From an uncultured Anaerolineales bacterium (GTDB lineage: Bacteria; Chloroflexota; Anaerolineae; Anaerolineales; UBA4823): a DNA stretch of 64,000 nt. The position numbers were made by a program, and so were the translations under genes. Of this stretch, positions 16,821 to 26,059 are shown in pieces. Location of the stretch: NCBI GenBank assembly GCA_937928795.1, contig CALFWB010000042.1:15483-79482 (forward strand), read 5' to 3'. Numbering within the stretch: the stretch's first letter is position 1; each line of letters begins with the position of its first letter. Under the pieces are notes generated by a model that was not told the DNA's origin, did no database searches, and saw only the letters and a program-made list of their open reading frames with translations.

Positions 16821-18224
16821 ATGGCTTCGCTTTCCCAAGAGACTCTCTTTAGGCTGGAAGATTTCACCTTGCTCACGGCAAGGCGGAAAAACGTCATTCG
16901 TTCCCCAAAACAATCGGGAAGCTCGGATGAGGATGCTTCGCCCTACTTAGAGGAAAGCGGTTGGCAGTTAATTCACGCCCCGCAAGAAATTCAATTTCAA
17001 CCCAATACTAGTGAGCCAATCCATCGTTGGTCGCCGTATGTGCAGGGCTTCTCTGCCAGTTTTGTGCAGCGCACGATAGAGCGCTATCAAAAAGATTACG
17101 CTTTTCCCATCGTTCTTGACCCCTTTGCAGGGAGCGGTACGGTTCTGGTACAGGCAAAGTTCAATCACTGTCCATCCTTTGGGATTGAGCTAAATCCGCT
17201 TCTACATTTTATTGCTTCGGTAAAAGTCAACTCATGGCATCTCTCGCCGTCCAAATGGCTGTCTATAACCGAGCACCTTCTCAGGGTGAGTACGCAGGCT
17301 TCCGCTCCCCGTTCTCCAGCCCCTGCATTTTTGAAATCTGAGTCCCATTTTAACCCGCCCGTCCTAAAGAACCTCGAAAAACTAAAAGCAGCCATTGACC
17401 GTCTAGAAACCACAACTCTGCAAGATGAAACCTTAAAAAATCTCTCTCTCTTAGCGTTTGCCTCAATCCTGATAGACTGTAGCAATCTCAAACGTTCCCC
17501 CTGCTTAGGTTATTGTCGAGACAAACAAATTCAAGATGAGGCCCCTTTTGTGCTTTTCTCTCAAAAGTGCCAACAGATTGCTGCCGACCTTCAAAAATGT
17601 CAAACCCACCACACTTCTGCCCTAAACACACCAAGTGTGGTCCTTTTGGGTAATTCAATGAACACCGAAATCCCTCAACAAGTTGATCTCATCATTACTT
17701 CTCCCCCTTATATGAATGGACTAGATTACGTCATGAACTACAAAATCGAGATGGGTTGGTTGGGATTTGGGCAAAGCCATCGGGAGCTCAAGAGCTTGAA
17801 AGATCAGATGGTTGTTTGCGATAACGTTTCAAAAGGCCTGATTCAGGGTTTTTCTCAGACTCGGCGGTATAGCCATCCTTGGATTGAACAAATCAAAGTG
17901 GATATCCAAAGCGGCATTGAGCGGCGCGGGAATTATCGCCGTCAGGATATGCCCGAAATTGTGCATAAGTACTTTGATGATATGTACCAAGTGATGAGAA
18001 ACGTTGTGCGCTTCTTAAGTAAGGGAGGGCGCTTTGTTCTTGTAGTGGGAGATAGCTTAATCGCCGATGTCTATGTGCCAACAGATTTGATCTTAGCCCG
18101 CATCGGCGAGGAATTAGGGCTAACCGTTGAGAAATTGGAGAAAGCACGCGAACGGCGATCGGGTCAAATCCGCAGCTATCGTCTAAGAGAAACGATTATC
18201 ACCCTTCTCAAAGAAACGGAATGA
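16821..18224 (+). CDS. Amino-type (N6-adenine or N4-cytosine) DNA methyltransferase
   Basis: 467 aa. SAM motif I DPFAGSGT at aa 100-107 and catalytic motif IV SPPY (DLIITSPPYMNG) at aa 294-297, about 190 aa apart, which is an alpha-like order. Confidence 0.85.
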   Translation: MASLSQETLFRLEDFTLLTARRKNVIRSPKQSGSSDEDASPYLEESGWQLIHAPQEIQFQPNTSEPIHRWSPYVQGFSASFVQRTIERYQKDYAFPIVLDPFAGSGTVLVQAKFNHCPSFGIELNPLLHFIASVKVNSWHLSPSKWLSITEHLLRVSTQASAPRSPAPAFLKSESHFNPPVLKNLEKLKAAIDRLETTTLQDETLKNLSLLAFASILIDCSNLKRSPCLGYCRDKQIQDEAPFVLFSQKCQQIAADLQKCQTHHTSALNTPSVVLLGNSMNTEIPQQVDLIITSPPYMNGLDYVMNYKIEMGWLGFGQSHRELKSLKDQMVVCDNVSKGLIQGFSQTRRYSHPWIEQIKVDIQSGIERRGNYRRQDMPEIVHKYFDDMYQVMRNVVRFLSKGGRFVLVVGDSLIADVYVPTDLILARIGEELGLTVEKLEKARERRSGQIRSYRLRETIITLLKETE

Positions 18225-19150
18225 ACCGAGAAGAGTTAGGTTTTCTGGATAACCCAGCGAATGGATTGGGAATCGTCAGGGCAAGGACATTGCTGGGAAA
18301 TTTACGCCTTTGGGACATCCCTCGCTCCGAACAGGCCCTTCAAACTGTCATTCAAGAAATTGGACTTTCCCCTATTCTAGCACTATACATTTTGATTGAC
18401 GAGAAAAAGGTCTATATTGGTCAATCTGAGGATATTCTGGCGCGACTGATGAGTCATCTAAGAACGCCTGATCCAAAAATCAAGAATTGGCAACGAGCGT
18501 TGATTCTTAATGATGGACGAAATGCTTCCCAGTCTGACTTGAACGATGAAAATATTCGCTTAACCCTAGAGAACTGTTTGGTTTCCCTGTTCAAAATAAA
18601 CCGTTATCAGGTTGTGACTTCTGCAACGTGCCAACCTAGTCTTTCATCCTTAGAGTATATTCTTACTTCTGCCTTTCGGCAAGAGATTAATATTCTTCTA
18701 TCAAACAAGGGGAGAGTTTCTCGCTGGCTAAGTGGTAAAAAGGACGATGAGGTATTCCTTGATGAAGTAAGAAAGATCCTTGCTCGCAAGGGCTACAGAA
18801 TCGAAGATTGGGGCGATAAATATGCGAGTATCAATGGAAAGCCAACCATCATTAGACCTGGTAGTCTAAAGCCCAAAGGTTGGCAAGTCACCTTTCGGGG
18901 TAGCAGGTCGCTTGCTCAATTAAGAAAAGGAGATGGGTATCTGCTGATGCCGCGCGGTTCCCTTCTATTGCTTCCGCTCAAGGAAGCTGCGAATTTTATT
19001 TTATCCATTGATCCAACCGCTTTTGAACGAGATACCGTTGATCTCTTTATTCGATTTGAAGAAGAGCAACTGCTGTTAGTTTACAAGAATGGACAGAAAG
19101 AGATTACAGATTTCTCCGTATTACCCTACGTAGAGAGCGACAAAATATGA
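18221..19150 (+). CDS. GIY-YIG nuclease-domain protein with an uncharacterised C-terminal domain; candidate restriction endonuclease partner
   Basis: 309 aa. LYILIDEKKVYIGQSEDILARLMSHL matches the GIY-x(6-11)-YIG...R pattern. ATGA overlap with the methyltransferase upstream and with the epimerase downstream. Confidence 0.65.
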   Translation: MNREELGFLDNPANGLGIVRARTLLGNLRLWDIPRSEQALQTVIQEIGLSPILALYILIDEKKVYIGQSEDILARLMSHLRTPDPKIKNWQRALILNDGRNASQSDLNDENIRLTLENCLVSLFKINRYQVVTSATCQPSLSSLEYILTSAFRQEINILLSNKGRVSRWLSGKKDDEVFLDEVRKILARKGYRIEDWGDKYASINGKPTIIRPGSLKPKGWQVTFRGSRSLAQLRKGDGYLLMPRGSLLLLPLKEAANFILSIDPTAFERDTVDLFIRFEEEQLLLVYKNGQKEITDFSVLPYVESDKI

Positions 19151-20127
19151 GTTATTATCTTCTTACCGGGGTAGCTGGCTTTATCGGCGCACGGGTTGCC
19201 GAACGCTTGCTCAACGATGGACATTCGGTTTATGGGGTGGATAACCTGAACGATGCTTATGACGTGCGCTTGAAAGAGTATCGCTTGCGAAAACTCCTCG
19301 CTTATCCCCATTTCACCTTCGAGCGGTTGGACATCGGCGAACCAGAGGCGGTGCAAGCCCTGTTTGCAAAAATGCCCCCTGAGGGTTGGCAAGCGGTAAT
19401 CAACCTGGCAGCGCGGGCTGGCGTGCGTCAATCCCTGCTTGACCCGTGGGTGTACTATCAAACCAACCTGACCGGCACGCTCAATCTCTTGGAAGCCTGT
19501 CGTCAGCGGGGTATCAAAAAGTTTCTCCTTGCTTCTACCTCCAGCGTATATGGTGCCGATGCACCCCTGCCCACCCCCGAAGAAGCCAGCAGTGACCATC
19601 CCCTTCAACCTTATGCTGCCAGCAAGAAGGCTGCTGAGGTCTTATGCCATACCTATCATTATCTTTACGGCTTAGACGTTACCGTTGTGCGCTATTTTAC
19701 CGTTTATGGGCCGGCCGGGCGTCCGGATATGGTCATGTTCCGCTTTGTGCAGGGCATCATGGAAGGCAGGCCGGTTACGATCTACGGCGATGGCACACAG
19801 TCGCGCGGCTTTACCTACGTAGATGACATCGCCGAAGGAACGATCCGAGCGTTGCAACCCAGCGGCTATGACATCCTCAACTTGGGCGGACACGAGACGA
19901 TCCAGATCGGTCAATTGTTGAACCTGTTCGAGCAACTGATCGGTCGGCGCGCCCAAGTTACGTATGCGCCAGCCCATCCGGCTGATATGTTTGCCAATTG
20001 GGCCGATACGCGCAAAGCCCAAGCTCGCCTCGGCTGGCAACCCAAAGTTGGCTTGCAGGAAGGGGTGAAAGCGTTGGTAGATTGGTATGTGAAGGAGCGC
20101 GCCTGGGCAAGCCAAGTGGTGACATGA
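19147..20127 (+). CDS. NAD-dependent nucleotide-sugar epimerase (UDP-glucuronate 4-epimerase-like, SDR family)
   Basis: 326 aa with TGVAGFIGARV Rossmann motif and YAASKKAAE (YxxxK). Confidence 0.9.
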   Translation: MSYYLLTGVAGFIGARVAERLLNDGHSVYGVDNLNDAYDVRLKEYRLRKLLAYPHFTFERLDIGEPEAVQALFAKMPPEGWQAVINLAARAGVRQSLLDPWVYYQTNLTGTLNLLEACRQRGIKKFLLASTSSVYGADAPLPTPEEASSDHPLQPYAASKKAAEVLCHTYHYLYGLDVTVVRYFTVYGPAGRPDMVMFRFVQGIMEGRPVTIYGDGTQSRGFTYVDDIAEGTIRALQPSGYDILNLGGHETIQIGQLLNLFEQLIGRRAQVTYAPAHPADMFANWADTRKAQARLGWQPKVGLQEGVKALVDWYVKERAWASQVVT

Positions 20128-21497
20128 TTGCAAAGCTCGCTGATCGTGCTCGCTGCGGGTTGGAGAAGGCATTTTCCAATCCTCTCCTGCGGCGGGTGGT
20201 AAAAAATTCGGCTTATCTTTTCAGCGCCACCGGGCTAACAGCAGCCATCGGCATGGTGCAAGGCATTCTCACAGCGCGGCTGTTGGGGGTGGCAAATTTC
20301 GGCGTTTTGGGGGCGATCATTGTGTTTACCAGCGTGATTAACCGTTTTGCCTCCTTCCGCATGAGTGAGTTGGTGGTGCGCTACGTAGGCGAGTTTGAGG
20401 AACAGGGCGATCCCCACCGCTCGGCAGCTTTGTTCAAAGCGGCAGCCTTGGTTGAGATGGGCGCCTCCCTAGTTGCCTTTGTCCTGATCTGGGGCTTATC
20501 GCCTTTGGGAGCGCGTTGGTTGGCAAAAGACCCTTCAACGGCGGCTTTATTTACTCTCTATGGTTGGATCGTGATCGCCAACCTGATCGCCGAATCTTCA
20601 ACCGGCTTGCTGCAAATTTGCGATCGCTTTCGGCGTTTGGCATGGCTGCAAGTGGCTGGCAGCTTGGTGACCCTGGTTTGCATTGCTCTCGCCTATCTGA
20701 CCCACAGCGGTTTGGAAGGTGTGCTGTGGGCCTATATTCTGGGGAAGTCGGTCGGGGCGTTAGGGTTCAGCGGGGCAGCCTTGCGCGAGGCGAACTTGCG
20801 CTGGGGAAGGGACTGGTGGAAAACGTCGCTCCATTTGCTGCGCCCCAAACTTGGCGAGCTCACCCGCTTCGCCGTCAGCACCAACATCAGCTCCTCGCTC
20901 AGCCTGATCAACAAGGACAGCGAGCTGTTATGGATTTCCTTCCTGCGCAACCCACTAGAAACCGGCTATTACAAATTGGCTCTCTCGCTGATCAACATCG
21001 TGCAAATGCCGATTAGCCCCTTACCTCAAGCCACCTACCCTGAGCTTTCGCGTCAGATGGCGCGTAGCAATTGGAACGCCGTGCGCATCTTACTGCGCCA
21101 AGCCAGCCTTCTGGCTGGAGGTTATACCCTTGCCGCTGCAATTGGCTTGGGTTTGCTGGGCAAGCTCTTGATCCGAACGCTCTATACCGAACCCTACTTG
21201 CCGGCTTTCCCAGCCCTTTTGATCCTGCTGATCGGTCTTCTGGTCGCCAATACGTTCTACTGGCATCGCTCTGCTTTGCTTGCCATCGGCCGGGCGGAGT
21301 TCCCCGCTCAAGTCAACTTTGGCTTGGCAATCCTGAAAATTGGCGGCATTTTCCTCTTGGTACCCCGCTATGGATATTTAGCCAACGCTGCTCTGCTTTC
21401 GGCTTCGTATGTGCTTGGCGTCAGCCTCTCGGTGATTGTGTTTGCTCTGACCCTGCGCCGGCGGGCAACTCAGTTTGTAGCGCAAAGTACGCCATGA
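20124..21497 (+). CDS. Wzx-type oligosaccharide flippase (polysaccharide biosynthesis protein, MOP superfamily)
   Basis: About 457 aa and highly hydrophobic (12+ helices). Start at ATG 20124, overlapping the epimerase stop. The longer 19998 ORF start lies inside the epimerase gene. Confidence 0.8.
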   Translation: MIAKLADRARCGLEKAFSNPLLRRVVKNSAYLFSATGLTAAIGMVQGILTARLLGVANFGVLGAIIVFTSVINRFASFRMSELVVRYVGEFEEQGDPHRSAALFKAAALVEMGASLVAFVLIWGLSPLGARWLAKDPSTAALFTLYGWIVIANLIAESSTGLLQICDRFRRLAWLQVAGSLVTLVCIALAYLTHSGLEGVLWAYILGKSVGALGFSGAALREANLRWGRDWWKTSLHLLRPKLGELTRFAVSTNISSSLSLINKDSELLWISFLRNPLETGYYKLALSLINIVQMPISPLPQATYPELSRQMARSNWNAVRILLRQASLLAGGYTLAAAIGLGLLGKLLIRTLYTEPYLPAFPALLILLIGLLVANTFYWHRSALLAIGRAEFPAQVNFGLAILKIGGIFLLVPRYGYLANAALLSASYVLGVSLSVIVFALTLRRRATQFVAQSTP

Positions 21498-22657
21498 AAG
21501 TCGGCTTTGTCCTTCCTGCCATTCAGAAGCCCAGTGGCTGGCGCACTTATGCGCTGGGCTTGGTTAAGGAACTGAGCCAATACGTGGAGGCGCTCTTGTT
21601 TGTGGCAGCTCAGGAGGCAAGCGCAGCCCAAGAAGCCTTTCCCGACCTGCCGATCTTCTCGCTGCCGGCCACCCAAAGCGCCAGCTTGCGAAGTTGGCGC
21701 GGAACATGGCGCTTGTGGCAGACTTTGCGAGCGGTGCGAACACTCAAGCTTTCCTTAGACTTGGTGCATTCGCTGGAGGCTTACCCAACAGGCTTGGTGG
21801 GGCACTGGCTCGCTGCGCAGTGTGCGTGTCCGCATGTCCTCACCGCGCATGGCACCTACGGCGTGGTATGGGTGACCTCGTTTTTCGACCGCCTCTTCTA
21901 TCGGCGTGTGCTGCGATCGGCTGCCCATCTTTGTCCGGTCTCCCAAGCGACTGCGCAGCGGATGAAGCACTTCTTTGGAGAAATTTTGACCTCTGTGCCG
22001 ATGACCCCCATTTTGAACGGCAACGATTTCTACCAACGCGTCCCCGCTCAGGTGGCTTTGGAACGCCGTTTACCTGAGAAGCCGAATTTATTGAGTGTGG
22101 GTGAGGTCAAGCCACGCAAGGGCTATCATGTCTCTTTGCAAGTCTTTGCCCGCTTGCAGAAGGAAATCCCCAGCTTGCGCTATAACATTGTTGGCTTTTA
22201 CCCCCACAACGGCTATACGCAGAGCCTAGAAGCGCTGATTCGAGAGCATCGCTTAACCGGTGTGACGTTTCACGGCCAGGTCTCCACAGTGGAGTTAGCT
22301 CGCATGTACCAACAAGCCAGCATCTTTATCCTAACTCCGCAAGATGGCGGTGGCGCCGGCCGTTTTGCCTTTGAGGGCTTCGGGTTGGTCTATTTGGAGG
22401 CCGGGGCATATGGCTTGCCGGTCATTGCCACCGATTGCGGTGGCGTTTCCGAGGCAGTGCACAATGGCGAAACGGGCTTTGTCTTTCCACAGGGGGATGT
22501 GGAGGGCATGGCGCAAGTAGCTTATCGTTTGCTGACCGATGAGGCACTTAACCTGCACCTGGGCAAAGCCAACCGGCGCTGGGCAGAGACGCTCACTTGG
22601 GCGCGCACGGCTGAACAAGTGCTAACGATCTACCAAAAGGTTGCTGGTGAAAGATGA
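21494..22657 (+). CDS. Glycosyltransferase family 4 (GT-B)
   Basis: C-terminal EGFGLVYLEAGAYGLPVIATDCGG (E-x7-E type) motif. Start at ATG 21494, overlapping the flippase stop. Confidence 0.88.
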   Translation: MKVGFVLPAIQKPSGWRTYALGLVKELSQYVEALLFVAAQEASAAQEAFPDLPIFSLPATQSASLRSWRGTWRLWQTLRAVRTLKLSLDLVHSLEAYPTGLVGHWLAAQCACPHVLTAHGTYGVVWVTSFFDRLFYRRVLRSAAHLCPVSQATAQRMKHFFGEILTSVPMTPILNGNDFYQRVPAQVALERRLPEKPNLLSVGEVKPRKGYHVSLQVFARLQKEIPSLRYNIVGFYPHNGYTQSLEALIREHRLTGVTFHGQVSTVELARMYQQASIFILTPQDGGGAGRFAFEGFGLVYLEAGAYGLPVIATDCGGVSEAVHNGETGFVFPQGDVEGMAQVAYRLLTDEALNLHLGKANRRWAETLTWARTAEQVLTIYQKVAGER

Positions 22658-23961
22658 AGATTGCAGTCATTGCTCCTTCAGCGTTGCCGGCGCGCCGCGC
22701 GAATGCCATTCAGACGGTGAGGATGGCACAGGCTTTTGCGCGGCTGGGCCATGAGGTGCTGTTGGTCGCATACAGCCCTTACCCTACGGTAAGCCCTTTG
22801 ACAAGCTCAGGGCAGAGCCCCCGCCCCCCCCAGTCCTTTCCGCTTGGCAGGGGAGGTAAACCCTCACCCCTTCGACAGGCTCAGGGCAACGCCCCGACCC
22901 CTCTCGCAGCGGGCGAGGGGGAAATGCCCTCACCCCCCCTCCTAGGAAGTAAGGAAGACGAGTGGGAGGTGTTAGCGGAGGAGTATGGGCTAGAGGTGCG
23001 CTTTGAGGTGCAATGGCTTCGGGCACGGGGTTGGGCAAGGCGTTATGATTTTGCCCTGCAGGCGGTTTGGCAAGCTCGGCGTTGGGGGGCTGAGCGCATC
23101 TTCACCCGCCTGCCTCAGTCCGCTACGGCAGCGAGTCTCTTGGGCATTCCCACCATCTTTGAAGCGCACGACCTGCCGCGCCACGGAGCCGCGCATCTCT
23201 TCCGCCTGTTTCTGTTGGGAAGGGGGGCAAGGCGGGTGGTGGCTATCTCTCAGGTTTTAGCCCAGGACTTAGTAAAGGCTTTTCCACGCCTGAGCCGTTT
23301 TCCTTCGGCTTTTCTGACTGTCGCCCCCGATGGGGTCGATTTGCGGCCCTACACACCTCCGCTCAGCCCTGCGGAGGCGCGCCAAAGGCTGCGCAAATAC
23401 GGCTGGGAACTTCCCGGCGGATTCATAGCGGGATATACCGGTCACCTTTACCGCGGGCGCGGAGCAGAATGGATGGTAGCGCTAGCTGCTGCTCTGCCGC
23501 AAGTTCACTTCCTGATTGTCGGTGGAGAGACAGAGCAATGCCAACAATTGGAGAGGCAATTCAAAGAGCGACAGCTCTCGAATTACACCCTGACCGGTTT
23601 GGTCAGGCCGCAAAGAGTATCTCTTTTTCAGATGGCGAGTGATGTTCTGCTCATGCCCTATCAGGCACAGGTGGCAGCCTCTTCGGGAGGAGATATTGCC
23701 CGCTATCTCAGCCCGATGAAGCTTTTTGAATATCTTGCTGCGGCACGTCCGATTCTAGCAAGCGATCTGCCGGTTTTCAGAGAAGTGCTGAACGCTGAGA
23801 ATGCCCTCCTTTTGCCGATTCAGGAGCTCGCAGCTTGGGAAAGCGCCTTACGCGGGCTGATGGAAGAGCCGGAACGTTGGCGGGGGCTAGGGGAAGCGGC
23901 AAGGCACACCGCCGAGCAATATAGCTGGGAAAGCCGCGCCGCGCGCATCCTCTCGAGTTAA
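22654..23961 (+). CDS. Glycosyltransferase family 4 carrying a ~60-aa Pro/Gly/Ser-rich insertion derived from intergenic-type repeats
   Basis: GT4 N-terminus MKIAVIAPSALPARRANAIQTVRMAQAFARLGHEV. This is followed by an insert at about aa 44-105, then the canonical fold resumes. ATGA overlap with the preceding GT. Confidence 0.85.
   Translation: MKIAVIAPSALPARRANAIQTVRMAQAFARLGHEVLLVAYSPYPTVSPLTSSGQSPRPPQSFPLGRGGKPSPLRQAQGNAPTPLAAGEGEMPSPPLLGSKEDEWEVLAEEYGLEVRFEVQWLRARGWARRYDFALQAVWQARRWGAERIFTRLPQSATAASLLGIPTIFEAHDLPRHGAAHLFRLFLLGRGARRVVAISQVLAQDLVKAFPRLSRFPSAFLTVAPDGVDLRPYTPPLSPAEARQRLRKYGWELPGGFIAGYTGHLYRGRGAEWMVALAAALPQVHFLIVGGETEQCQQLERQFKERQLSNYTLTGLVRPQRVSLFQMASDVLLMPYQAQVAASSGGDIARYLSPMKLFEYLAAARPILASDLPVFREVLNAENALLLPIQELAAWESALRGLMEEPERWRGLGEAARHTAEQYSWESRAARILSS
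22795..22945. repeat. Family-B-type GC-rich repeat modules embedded in frame in the GT4 gene
   Basis: gacaagctcagggcag, ccctcaccccttcgacaggctcagggcaac, and cccctctcgcagcgggcgaggggg + ccctcaccccc. The same modules occur intergenically at 14056, 39098 and 59979. Confidence 0.8.
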
Positions 23962-23969
23962 ACGAAAAT

Positions 23970-24390
23970 CCAGGCCGGTCTGTAAGCCGCATTCTGTCCA
24001 GCGGTCCCGCCCAATTACGCCGCAGCGCAATCTGGCGGCCGCCTGGGTGATCATCTCTCTAAGGGCACGCGTAGCCGCGCACCTCATGCGGCCTACCCGG
24101 AACTCGGGGGAAACCCCAGGAGGCGAGCAGCCTCCCCGCTTGCGCGCTTGTCCCTGCTTGGCCTTGCTCCCGACGGGGGTTACCTGGCCAACCGCATTGC
24201 TGCGGATGCCGGTGGTCTCTTACACCACCGTTTCACCCTTACCCTGCCGTTTGTGACAGGGCGGTATGTTTCTGTGGCCCTATCCGGCGGGTTACCCCGC
24301 CCCGGGTATTACCCGACGTCGCGCTCTCTGGAGTGCGGACTTTCCTCAGCCCTGACGAAGCAGAGCCGCGATCACCCGACCGACCTGGCG
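23970..24390 (-). ncRNA. rnpB: RNase P RNA, bacterial type A
   Basis: The reverse complement contains GAGGAAAGUCCG, GGGUAAGGGUGAAACGGUGGUGUAAGAGACCACC, GGAGCAAGGCCAAG, GGGUAGGCCGC and ACAGAAUGCGGCUUACAG. P1 pairs ccaggtcggtc with gaccggcctgg. End coordinates are good to about 5 nt. Confidence 0.92.
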
Positions 24391-24494
24391 CACTCTTAAT
24401 CATACCGAATTTTTGAGGCCGAGTCAAGCGGTGTCGCAGTTTTCGCTTTACAAATCCGGCCCTCCTCTATCAAGCAGAGTATAATCGACTTGCT

Positions 24495-25475
24495 ATGGAA
24501 AAATCTATTGTCCTTTCAGCGTCCGACCCTGCCCGTCTAGCAAGGGGCTACCTGATTTGTCTCGCAGCGACCTTCTCGTGGGCTTTCACGGGAATCTTAA
24601 TCCGCTATCTGACGGTGAACTACCAAATCTCTCCCCTGACGCTCTCCTTCTGGCGAGATGTCTTTGTCGTCCTTGGGCTGGTGGTGATCTTTTCATTGGT
24701 CAACCGTTCCTTGCTCTACCCAGGCAAGGGTCGCTTGCCCTATTTCGCCCTCTATGGGTTGGTGGTTACCTTGTTCAACGGTTTATGGTCGTTTTCGGTA
24801 GCCTTGAACGGCGCCGCGGCTGCCACCGTCTTAGCCTATAGTTCGGCGGCTTTTACCGCTTTGCTTGCTTGGTGGCTCTTCCGCGAACCGCTGACCCCGA
24901 TCAAAATCCTGGCAGTCTCGCTGGGCTTGGCAGGCTGTGTTCTGGTGGCAGAGGCATATAACGCAGCCGCTTGGGCGTTGAATCCTTTTGGCATCCTGAC
25001 CGGACTGTGTTCAGGCTTAATCTTCGCCGTTTATAGCCTAATGGGGAAATTCACCGCCAATCGCGGCATCAATTCCTGGACGGCCTTGCTGTATTCTTTT
25101 GCCTTTGCTGCCCTGTATTTTTTGCCCCTCAGCCTGCTCGGCGGCTGTCTGGAGGGTTATTCTCCCACCCAGACCCTCTTTTGGCTGGGAAACCGTCCGC
25201 TAGGTTGGCTTGCCCTATTTGTGTTGGGTGTTGGACCGACCATCGGCGGCTTTGGCTTTTACAGCCTAAGCTTGAATTACTTGCAAGCCAGCTTTGCCAA
25301 CCTGATTGCAATGACCGAACCGTTGATCACGGCTGTGTTGGCTTATCTGCTGCTGAGCGAGCGCTTGACGCCACCGCAATTGGTGGGCGGCGCAATGATT
25401 TTGAGCAGCGTAGTGATCCTACGGCTGTTTGAACTGCGCTTCGCAAGCAAAGAAGCCCTGGTCGAATCTGAATGA
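24495..25475 (+). CDS. DMT-superfamily (EamA-type) transporter
   Basis: 326 aa with about 10 TM helices and two EamA-like halves. Confidence 0.85.
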   Translation: MEKSIVLSASDPARLARGYLICLAATFSWAFTGILIRYLTVNYQISPLTLSFWRDVFVVLGLVVIFSLVNRSLLYPGKGRLPYFALYGLVVTLFNGLWSFSVALNGAAAATVLAYSSAAFTALLAWWLFREPLTPIKILAVSLGLAGCVLVAEAYNAAAWALNPFGILTGLCSGLIFAVYSLMGKFTANRGINSWTALLYSFAFAALYFLPLSLLGGCLEGYSPTQTLFWLGNRPLGWLALFVLGVGPTIGGFGFYSLSLNYLQASFANLIAMTEPLITAVLAYLLLSERLTPPQLVGGAMILSSVVILRLFELRFASKEALVESE

Positions 25476-25504
25476 ACCCTGAAATCTGAATCGATTTTTC
25501 TGCA

Positions 25505-25529
25505 AAATCTGTGTCATCTGCGGATTTTT
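25505..25529 (+). repeat. Short dispersed repeat family E (aaatctgYgtcatctgcggattttt)
   Basis: A second copy lies at 56459-56483. Confidence 0.7.
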
Positions 25530-25582
25530 GGGCAGACTGAACCGTTACAATTCAGTTATAATTAGCACAGGAGGTTTTCAAG

Positions 25583-26059
25583 ATGGCGTTGCGGCAGGCA
25601 AATTCGCGCGGTTGCTTCATCTGTGGGTTAGAAAATCCGGTGGGATTACATTTGGTCTTTTACGAAGAGCGCCCTGGCGAAGTGTTTGCCGATATCCTCC
25701 TTGAACCCAAATATGAGGGTTTTCCGGGTATGGCGCATGGCGGCGTGGTAGCCGCCATGCTAGACGAAGCCTGCGGCCGTGCTCTGATGGGTAGTGACCC
25801 GCAAAATCCCCGCTTCATGTACACCGCCCGCTTGGAAATTCGTTATCGCCAACATGTACCTCTCAACCAACCCTTGCGTCTTGAGGGCAAGGCGCTTAAG
25901 GATCGTGGGCGCACAGCAACCGCAGCAGCTTCACTGAAAACAGCCAGGGGAGACGTGCTAGCCGAGGCAGAAGCGCTATTGGTTGAAGTGCCTGAAAATG
26001 AGTATAAAGGAGTGGATTTGGAGAGCTTTGGTTGGAAAGTTTATGAGGAGGTCAAATGA
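25583..26059 (+). CDS. PaaI-family hotdog-fold acyl-CoA thioesterase
   Basis: 158 aa with CFICGLENPVGL... and GxAHGG(V)xAxLxDE motifs. AGGAGG RBS upstream. Confidence 0.8.
   Translation: MALRQANSRGCFICGLENPVGLHLVFYEERPGEVFADILLEPKYEGFPGMAHGGVVAAMLDEACGRALMGSDPQNPRFMYTARLEIRYRQHVPLNQPLRLEGKALKDRGRTATAAASLKTARGDVLAEAEALLVEVPENEYKGVDLESFGWKVYEEVK

Noticed and set aside
23887-24427. ORFs 23887-24087 (-), 24047-24256 (+), 24148-24399 (+) and 24239-24427 (-)
   Set aside because: All lie within the RNase P RNA gene. The conserved rnpB motifs explain the region.
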